Shown here: in pieces, positions 51,073 through 61,255 of the stretch
Layout of the letters: the number at the start of each line of letters is the position of its first letter
How positions within the stretch are numbered: the first letter of the stretch is position 1
DNA from: Azolla caroliniana
Taxonomy: Eukaryota; Plantae; Polypodiophyta
Reading direction: 5' to 3'
Assembly: GCA_043228905.1 (NCBI GenBank)
Contig: JBHGNT010000010.1
Coordinates: 11,284,001 to 11,348,000 of the forward strand
DNA length: 64,000 bases
Program-made: the position numbers and the translations under genes
Notes under the pieces: generated by a model
Told to the model about the DNA's origin: nothing
Seen by the model: the letters and a program-made list of their open reading frames with translations, nothing else
The model's database searches: none

Positions 51073-54000
51073 CTAATTAGCTACCATAGTAGCTAATTAG
51101 CTATCCTAGCTACTACCATAGTTGAGTAAAGTAGCTAATTAGCTATCCTACTAGCTAATTAGCTATCCTGCTAGCTAATTAGCTACTGGCAGCTATCCTA
51201 GTAGCTAATTAGCTATCCTAGCTACTACCATAGTTGCTGAAAGTAGCTAATTAGCTATCATAGTAGCTAATTAACTATCCTAGCTACTACCATAGTTGAG
51301 TAAAGTAGCTAATTAGCTATTGTACTAGCTAATTAGCTATTCTAATTAGCTATCGTACTAGCTAATTAGCTATCCGAATGAGCTATTGTACTAGCTAATT
51401 AGCTATCCTAGCTACTACCATAGTTTAGTAAAGTAGCTAATTAGCTATCCTAAATAGCTGCTATGTTATTGTAGAAACTTGTGGATTAAGGATGACACAT
51501 GATGTGTCTGGTGCTGATGAAGCGGCAACAGATGAGGATACTGCTGCCAACGTGGCTGAAAGTAGGAGTCCTGCTATCACATCTCCTTCAGATCAACTCC
51601 ACCCTATTCTTTTGGAATAGTGTACTGAATTAGGCAACGATGTGAAATGCCATGAAATAGTGGAAACAACATGTAAAACTGAGGTTCACAACAACAGTGT
51701 TTATGAACACTTGATGCAACATTTCTTCGAATCTCAAGACCTTGATTCCACCCCACCGAGCCCAACTACTGAAAATGTCCAAACAGATCCCTCTATACTT
51801 GAAAAGCTAGCGCAAGAAACGACTGATGTGCAATTAACTGCTGAGGCGATGGGAAGGTTGTCGGAGGAGGACACACTTGCGCATTGGGTGAAAGAAGCAA
51901 GGCTAAATGGGCAACCGACTAGAAAAAGGCTGAAGAAGGGGCCACGATCGGGAACAAGACCAGTTACTTGGTCAAGGGGCCCAGATGTAGTGGAGCGAAA
52001 TACTGTTTAGTTGGATATGATTGTTAGCTTAGGGATTTTGCTAGGGTTTTATGAAGTTTTACTATCCTGTTGGACAAGTAAAACCTCAAATTGGTTGTTG
52101 CTTGATACACATTATGTAATGGAACTCTATGATGTTTTTCCAAGATAATTTGAAGAGTGTTGTTCTATGACTGAAACTCTTTGATGTTCAGGATGTTGTT
52201 TTGTGAGACTGTTAGTTACTTTGTGAGTGTGAATATGTTGGTGTTTTCTGATGTTGCAGAGTCTAAAGGGTTTGATTCTATTGCTCGTAAGGCTGATGGC
52301 AGTGTGGATACTGTTGATGTTGTGGCGTGTTTAAAGGGCCCCATCTTGAAAGTAGATGTAGCAACTGACACAAGTGATCTGGTCACACAAGTTGATCAAG
52401 CATGTTGCATGGATGACTTGATGTTGTAGGTAGATGTAGCATGTGATACCAGTGGACTGATATCGAACAAATCAGTAGCTACATGCACCGAGGTAATCCA
52501 ATGATTGATAACTAAGTCGACAAAACAAGAGCACCAGAATGTGAAGCCAGTCCCAACACAGTCGACTAGGGGTTTGAAGAGGAAAAGGACACCAGTGGTG
52601 TCAGCCAAACCTGAGCTGATTGAGATTGATCGTGTCCTACCAGAAAATGGTGTAACAACGGCTCAGTTTTAGGAATGGAAACCTAAACCACTAGAAGTTG
52701 AAAGAAGAGCCTTGATCTTGGAGCTTGATAAATTCTTGATGAGTGTGAGATATATGCAGCCAAGGAGGGACGCGAATAAGTTTCTAGAGTGGGCTGTGCA
52801 ATACTTTGATTTGTTTATTTGGAGTGAAAAACCAAAATAAGATGTGTGGAAGTGTTTAGCGAGATTCTTCCCAAAATGGCGAAGTCATTTTAAAGGTTAA
52901 TGGGCACGAGAAAATTGTGAGCAAATGGAAGCTGCAAGATTCAAGAGACTTTCTGATTTTTGGGCTACTTGGCCTGAATATAATGCCGACAACACATTGA
53001 TTTTGGATACAGAACATTTCTGGCACTACTTCAATATTCGGAGATGCTGACTCATTCTACCTGAGGAAATGCCTGAATAGTACATGGTGCAAACAGTGAG
53101 CTGCCAACTAGGTGCATGGTTGTGGACTCCATACCGAGCTCGATATGCGGATAATATATGTAGACTCGTTCCACTGACTAGCAAGAGCTTAGCTGTTTAT
53201 AGGAGATTTGTAGACATTTCCAATGGTAATTTATAAATATGTAAAGAGATGACATTATTCAATGAAGAATTTAATCACTTGTTCCCACTATACTTATCTA
53301 CTGTGTAATTTGAGGAATATGTTCCAGATTGTTGATTTCATGCTAGTGCTTTATTTAAATGTATTTTCGAAATACATATTTGTTTTACACGAAAAGATGG
53401 TAATTGCTACTTGTAGCTACAAGTTCCATGGCATACTGTTGTACATGGTTCTATTGACAACTAATTAGCTACTGGTTGATTGCAATATTGGAATTGCTAA
53501 TTAGCTATCATGGTAGCTAATTAGCTATTTTGGTAAACCTGAGTAAACCTGAATACAACTAATTAGCTATTGATGACTATTTAGCAATTGACAACTAATT
53601 AGCTACATTTGTATAGCTAATTAGCTACTGATGACTATTTCGTTATAACTTATAACTTAAAACTTAACAAAAAAGACATGATTTTATTGAGAAAGAAGCA
53701 TAGAAAGCAGACTGTATACAAGAAATTGATTCTCAAACGAACATGTTTAACTGTTTTCGCGAAATACATGTTTGTTTCACAAGAGAACATGGTAATTGCT
53801 ACTTGTAGCTACAAATTCCATGGCATACTATTGTAAATACATTCATACACATTAGCACCAACAATGTATAAACCTGAGCAGCTATTGTATTCTAACATTG
53901 GGATGTTGATGCACCTGACCAAATGAGAGTACATGTACGCCGCTGGTTTGTCTTCTAACAGCCTGTACACATATTCGTAGTCATCTAGTTTTGCATAAAA

Positions 54001-55046
54001 AATGCCTTCGATGTAGAATGTCCCGGCAGATACAAAATTTCCCCATGCATCTACAATATTCTGCCTTGCACACTGTTTACTAACCGTGCACTTCAATATA
54101 TAGAAATCAACACCCTCTGAATTGCCTTCTTCAGCATTTACATCAAAGTTATCCCCAACGTTCAGGACATCACTCAAAGTATCTCCAAGTCCCTCATATG
54201 TGAAGTCAACATTCTACCCTGTTTCTCCATCAACTGCTTCCTTATCATTCAGAGTGTGATACTCCTAATTCTGAATGTATGCTTTGTTTAGACAATATCT
54301 CCAATTTCCCTGCACACAATGGAAGCAAAAACAAGTCAATTCTCTAACTGCAATACAATGACCATCCAACCTGGAATAACCGCGAATAGCATGCAGAGAT
54401 CGCAATTCGGGAATTCCTTGGCACTCCCAGGTCTTCTCCCTATTTACTTCATCTATCTTCACTTCCCAAAATTCACGTTTGATATCTCGGACTTGCGAGG
54501 AATAAACACCTGTTGCACTCGTTGACATATTTGTTCTTAAAATTCAACTACATGTGATGCACAATTCATGTGCACACCATCTGTCTTTAGTTGTTCATGG
54601 GTAAGTGCTCGCTTTATAACAGCCCCTGCATCATCATGTTCATCTTTACCATGGACAAACCCAAAAAAATTCCATCTCATCTCCAAACCTGTTATAGCAG
54701 GATACCTCCCCACAAAATAAAATGGACGTCGAGCCTTGAATTGTGACGCAGCTCCATCAGACCAGACCCAATGTTGAGTAAGCTCCAAACGTTGAGCTAA
54801 TAAGCATTGCCAATGTAACTTAAAACAATGTTGGACGAACAAGGTATCATGCTTCTTATCATCAGAAATAAAGAAATGAATTACTTTTTTAACATCACCT
54901 GAAACTCGAAAATATGTTATGTGCACAAAAATGGTTACTTGAACTGAACACCAATGCATAGATTGAATTTCATTCTGCTGCTTGAAAGTATAATTCTCTA
55001 CGAAATCTACTGCTGAGACTACTACATCATTTGGGAAATCAGATAT

Positions 55047-55343
55047 GGGTGAAAGCATGGGAATGGGAACAATTAGCTATGTCCTTGACATAGCTAATTA
55101 GCTATCTAATTAGCTACATGTAATTTGTATATTTTGGCAATTTTAGGGATGATTAGAATTTGATCTCAAATAAAGACTAGCTAAACGGTGGACCATAAAT
55201 GGTAATATTTCCATCCCCATCATAAATGATACGTATCTTTGAGATCTTCCTACTAAAAATTAGCTATTAAAAAAACTATTTAGCTGTGGTCAATTTACTA
55301 GCTAAATAGCTATAATAGTGTTTCCATTCGCATGCTTTCACCC
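55047..55343 (+). mobile_element. 297-bp MITE of the same Sola family, inserted in the transposase
   Basis: TIR GGGTGAAAGCATG, TSD ATAT; excision restores the frame KTCISDFP. Confidence 0.92.
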
Positions 55344-55979
55344 ATATGCAAGTCTTAAACTGATGGGCCTGCCATGAATAAATGAAGTTGTGTTTAATGA
55401 ACTTTCCTAGAGATACTACAAATAGAGACACCAAATCCCTTGGTTTAAGCATCTTCCGAACTAGATCCTTTCTTTTACACACCTTTCCTTCGAAATTGGT
55501 GTTCATTGACTCAAATACTTCACAGAGATCAATATTTCACTACTCAATTCATTTGGACACCACCTAAATCTAGTAGGGCCACAATCTTGACATAAACCCA
55601 TGACACATTTATGACTATGGAAGATAGCGTCAGTTTCTCTCGGACACAATATTGAATCTAATAAATAACTCATGGAAGAGATAACGTGCTCAGATGATTT
55701 ACACTCCTCTTGCGGGCTTGATTGACAGATTGGGCCCCCACATGTGCAAACTGTATTAGTTAGGGATGCGCTATGGTGACGTAGTAGATTAACAGAGTCC
55801 TTCAGAAAACCCATCTGTACATGGTAAATGCAACAACATGTGTATCGATCCTTTAAGCGTCTCACAAAGTGTGGCTTAAGAGACTCGAATGTTCGTAGTT
55901 GAACTTTGATATTTGGATGCATTTGTTTGAAGCTAATAAATAAATCGACCTGCGTAATAAAGGGGAATTAGTTATTCTC

Positions 55980-56490
55980 GTAATTAGCTAACTATCCTAG
56001 TAGTTAATTAGCTATTCTAGTAGCTAATTAGCTGTTCTAGTAGCTAATTAGCTATCATGGTATCATAGTAGTTGTCTTGGTACCTAATTAGCTATCATGA
56101 TAGCTAATTAGCTTTCCTAATAGCTAATTAGTTGGTAATAACTAGAGTAGCTAACTATCATAGTAGCTAATTAGCTATCATGGTAGCTAATTAGCTATTC
56201 TAATAGCTAATTAGCTAATTACCTATTCTAATTAGCTATTCTAGTAGCTATTTAGCTATCATGGTAGCTAAAACCCTATTCTAATAGCTAATTAGCTATC
56301 CTAAAAGCTAATTAGCTATTTTGGTAGCTAATTATCTGGTAGTAACTAAATTAGCTATTGAGAATAGCTAATTAGCTATCATGGTAGTAGCTATTGAGAG
56401 TAGCCAGTTACCTATGTAGTAGCTATCCTGGTAGCTAACTGAGGTAAATGTAACTGATAAGCTAATTAGCTTTTCTGCTAATTGAGCTAA
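55980..56490. repeat. TAGCTAATTAGCTA palindrome array in the transposase intron
   Basis: Same unit as 44780-45460. Confidence 0.9.
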
Positions 56491-57569
56491 TTAACTTTCC
56501 GTGTAGAGTCAAAACAAATGTTGAGATAAATGTAAATACCTGAGGTACATCAAGAAGATGAATGGGATGCTCCTCGTATTGATTTCTTCCAACACGTTTC
56601 CTGCATAAATCCTTTTTATTGGGTGAAAGCCTACTCTCATTAGTCCAAAACATTGTGATTACATCCTTGATTTCAAATGTTATGGGTGTCTTTGGCTTAC
56701 ATCTTGTAGTTAGCTTTAGTAGACTAGTTCCTTCACCCGAGGAAATTATACGGTTCATTGTATTGTACACAGTTTTTCTACTAACACCAATTACCTTAGA
56801 TAGCTCACTGATGTTTATATCGTCAACATCACTATTAAGTAACATCATTAGACTAGACCTTTTTAAGACAAGATCATCTTCTGACCCGCTCATGGATACG
56901 AAACTATTACGAAGATTATTTACTAAAATAGATGATATGTTTGCATTAAGACCATCACAATCAACTAAGTCCTTTATCAATGGATCATTTAATATTCCAT
57001 AAAGTACTACCTTCTTTTCTTCATTGCTGATGTGCTTGGTTTGAACATTGAAATAGTCTACAACCTTTCTCTCTATGATGGTAGTCGCATTACTTACATT
57101 CTCAGCTAAACTATCCTTACCTTTACTAAGTGTGGCTTTCGTATCCTTCAACAATTGACGATGTTTCCTTTTCTTTTCTGCCCAACAGTTTCATATGGCT
57201 TGTTATGTCCTGATAGCATCATCCCTATCCTTATGATCATCGAGGGGTAATTCTAAACACCCTTCTTCCCCTTCCATTTGGCTGGACATATTAAAACCCT
57301 AAATTTCAAAAAAAAAAACAAGTATTTAAGATGGCTTTGGGCAACAACAATACACAAAAATATTCCACAATACACAAGATTAGACACAACAATACACAAG
57401 ATAATCAATAGACAGAAAAGTTATTGCAATCCAAGACCGAAATAGTAGAGGAGTTCACTCCGTTGGATCGAATAGTTGAGGAGGCGATCCGGGACCGACC
57501 AATGGTGACAACTGAGTGTAGAATGTTGTCGTTGGATGAGTGAACTTCGTCAAATCGAAATGTGGAAGC

Positions 57570-58032
57570 AATCCAGGACTGGACAGTAGCGGCAACTGAG
57601 TGTAGAATGATGACAATGGAGGAGAGAACCCCGCCGTCAGATTGAACAGTTACCGATGATGCTTGGAACGCACAGAGAAGGCACCTGCGAGTAGAATGGC
57701 AGCAGTGGAGTTGTTAACGCCGTCGAGTCGAAAAGTGGCAGCAATACACGACCTTCACAGTAGTGGCCCTTGAGTGTAGAGTGGCACAGAGAAGAGAACC
57801 TCGTCAGATTGAACAGTTACCGATGATACTTGGAACGCAAAGTAGCGGCCCCTGAGTGTAGAGTGGCATAGAGAAGAGAACCCTGTCAGATTGAACAGTT
57901 ACTAATGATGCTTGGAACGCACAGTAGCGGCCCCTAAGTGTAGAGTGGCACAGAGAAGAGAACCCCGTCAGATTGAACAGTTACCGATGATGTTTGGAAC
58001 GCACAGTAGCGGCCCCTGAGTGTAGAGTGGCG
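57570..58032. repeat. 82-bp subterminal tandem repeat
   Basis: GTCAGATTGAACAGTTAC recurs at ~57636, 57803, 57885 and 57967. Confidence 0.85.
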
Positions 58033-60295
58033 GCAGGTGGACTCGATAGGGTTTAGCAACAGTGGTAGCAACTAACCCACAATACTCAACTAGAGATGGC
58101 CTACGTGATGTGGCAAAGGATCATGCATAATGGACCTAGGAATTCGATATATAATTTATGGTACACATTTACGGTGCACATATCAATTTATGTTGCACGT
58201 TTATGTTGCACATTTATGGTGCTCATTTACATATGTAATTAAAACACTCTAGTATTTTCAATGGTAGTTTTTTGCATAGTTAATTTATTAATGATGGCTT
58301 TTTGCTAAAATGACTATTTATCAATGGTAGCTTTTTGCATAGCTAATTAGCTATGTCAAGGACATAACTAATTGTTTCCACTCTCATGCTTTCACCCATA
58401 CACTCAAATCTACAAGCCCTATTTACCAAAATACCCTTAAACCTAAACTTATTTACCATAATGCCACTATATACCTATTTTGACCTATTTATACCACTTT
58501 TATTTCTCAAAATACACCATAAATCATATCCCCGTCGAACCCTCCACATCCCCATCTGTTCGCCATATCCATCGTCTTGATAATCATCTTCACCATACTC
58601 ATCTTCCTCTTCGACATCTACCTCGTCACCACCACCACCACCACCACCACCATCATTAGGAATTTCCTCCCCCAATTTACCATCTCTTCACATGACAACA
58701 CCTCTTTGCTGACCTAGACAGCTCCAACGACACCTTCTTGAAGCTTCCTATCCATGGCGATGCAGGATATTATTGCATCGAAGAAGAAGAAAATTGTGGT
58801 AAGGATCAATACTCTGTTGCCGACTATCTCCTCATCGACGAAGATCACCAATTAATCGAACATATTGCACCACCATTAATGCTTGACTATCATCAGATGA
58901 ATAATAGTAATAATATGAGATCTAATTCAATTGTTCATGAGCGTATTACTTATCACAACATCAATCAAGTAAATTCGACTAATTATACCAATTCTCATAA
59001 TCATGATCAACGGAGCTCTAGTCTGCAACTTTGAATGATTAATGCTGACCCCAACCCTAATCCCAAAACTAATTCTAAACCTAACCCTAATAACTTACAG
59101 AGATCATCCATAGCCAACTATCACACAACAGAGTGTAATCCTGGATTTGGAAGTAGATTCTTCAACAGATCCAACACTAGAAAGTGATTAGTACTATGAA
59201 GCTTGCAGGTCTCAGCTAATTAACCTAATTAGGTAGGGTTTCGTGAGCTAATAATCCATCATTTAGTTGTATGAATACGTGATGTGTTGTCTTTCTTCTA
59301 ATTAATCTCCATGTACCATACACAACTAGCTCAATTTTACGAAATGAGTTGTACTCCTGACAAATTGAAGCTACACTATTTTTGTTTTTCTGTTTTCTGT
59401 TTCCAAGTGTTGAAGATGCTCTCTCAAAATGTACGAAAATTCAGCTTTCCCCACTTGAATGAAACAAAGTTCTGCGAACTTTTTTTGGGTTTTGTTTTGT
59501 ATGAGAGAAACTGAGAATAAATTCATCTGAGATTAGTAGCTATTGTACAATGTTCTTTGTGCTTTTGCTACTTATCCTTATGTATGGCTGATGCTAGTAG
59601 TTGTTGTTCTTATATGAGAGAAATATAGTAGTAACTATGTGGAAACTATTGTTCTTTCGTGCGGAATATTATTGTATGGGAAGAAGGAAGAAATTCGTCA
59701 AACATTAGATATAAATGCAAAATCTTTGTTGTTTCACTTTTCATGATTGTTCTTTGACAAAAGAAAATGAAAATAAACATTTGAGTTACTGTACGAAATA
59801 TTTGTGCTTTGACTCCTTGATGTTGTGTGTGCAAATGAAATGGAGGAAATTTGTTTGAGGAAATGATTAACTATAGATAAAAGGGGGATAGCTCTACGAG
59901 ATTAGTAGTAGCTTGTGCTAACACTATGTGTTCATGTGACAAAAATCATGGAACAAATTCATCCGATATTAGTAGTATGTGCATATTATTCTTGTGCATT
60001 TTTTTATCTCTGTAGTACTGTGGTATACATTTAGATTCAAAGATTGTAAAGCCTACTATCGTTACTTAGGATTCTTTTGAATTATTAGATGATATAGAAG
60101 TTGTGATCCAAGGAATGCTTGGCTAGTAAGTATACGGAATTATTCTGCAATCAAGGAATTGGAAAACTTTTTGTATTTTATCCCTGATTATCAAGTACAT
60201 GAAACTCTTGTGCTAAGCATTCACATGAATAGGATTAGGAAAACCTAGAAACTCTATCCTACAATTCTTATGAATTGTCGAATAATTACTAGCCA

Positions 60296-61125
60296 CTATA
60301 GTTCTCCACTGCTCATATCCCCCTCATCCTTTGGATCTATAAAAGGCCAAGCCTCATCCTTTGGATTAATGGAGAGATCATGATGAACCATCCTTGGTGA
60401 ATCTGATGCAAACCTGCTGAATTGTTCATGATGCCGATCGGTAGGCCTTATATGTTCTAGATCATGTTTACATTGGCAATTAGCAAGCCTACATTGAGGT
60501 AGTGTAAGATTGTGATGTGCTGCTTTGGGAGATTCTACAGCCATATTAAATTGTGGATCATGATGAGAAGAATTGGAAGAACTAGCAAACAAATCAAATT
60601 GATTATCGAATTGCTGAGAATTGATGGCAATCTTGCTAAGCTGTTCCCTTAAGCCTTGAAGGCAAGAATCACTACCAACAAAACCAGATTTGTAGCAACG
60701 AGCCAAGGATGGTGAAGATGGAGCCGAGATTGGTGGTGTAGAGGGTATCTTAGAACGAGTCATAACATTAGGCATATCCACATCCTTAAAGTAAGCCTTT
60801 CTAAGATATGCTTCTTATTGCTGTTGTTGATGAAATTCCCGGCTTACTGCTACTAAATCTTCACCAGTGCCTACGCAAAGGTTACCATTGATTGCATTAA
60901 CATAGAGTTGCTCTTGAGTGCTAGAACCACCATACTCTCCTTCTCCTGTTTCTGGTTTAGGCTCTGATACTACCACATCTATATCATCCAAAGAAGCAAA
61001 GAAGAAGAACAGGAGCCTACTACTATCACCCACCTTTTCACACTCTTCTATCATATTATGCATATCATCATCCGATGTCACAGAAATCAATGCATCGAGA
61101 TCTTCATTAGGAAGCTGATATTTAA
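60296..61125 (-). pseudogene. PB1 (octicosapeptide/Phox/Bem1p) domain protein, 3' part, disrupted
   Basis: KYQLPNEDLDALISVTSDDDMHNMIEE..SRL..F is the plant PB1 signature. There is an in-frame TAA at 60815-60817, and the 5' part is cut off by an LTR. Confidence 0.8.
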
Positions 61126-61214
61126 TGAAAAGAATGGTGTGCAGAAGCAATATAGAAAACCAAACAACAGAAAACACAGGTTTAATGGAAAGCTTAGGTT
61201 TGCATAGTACGCAC

Positions 61215-61255
<41 letters not shown>

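Larger units (their letters stand above)
43442..53235 (+). pseudogene. Passenger gene of the Sola element: RING-H2-like finger and C-terminal FCP1/NIF (HAD)-like domain
   Basis: CIAC-x17-CNHTYHLL* near 44596-44684. RALILELDKFL..RRDANKFLEWAVQYFDLFIWS..KRLSDFW..YNADNTLILD near 52705-53010. GT-AG introns and several stops. Confidence 0.65.
53809..57289 (-). pseudogene. Sola2-type transposase, intron ~55950-56539, disrupted
   Basis: FESLKPHF..TCCCIYH, VDFVENY..NEIQSMHW, WSDGAASQFK, HGKDEHDDAG..K and C-terminal CFCFHC. Confidence 0.85.
42322..58397 (-). mobile_element. Sola2-type DNA transposon (~16 kb with nested inserts, ~10 kb native)
   Basis: 25-bp TIRs GGGT(A/G)AAAGCATG(C/A)GAGTGGAAACA at 42322-42346 and 58373-58397, 4-bp TSD ATAC, and an internal DDD-type transposase. 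Confidence 0.88.

Noticed and set aside
60962-60971. PBS-like GCTCTGATAC
   Set aside because: It lies inside PB1 coding sequence, lacks the terminal CCA and has no adjacent LTR.
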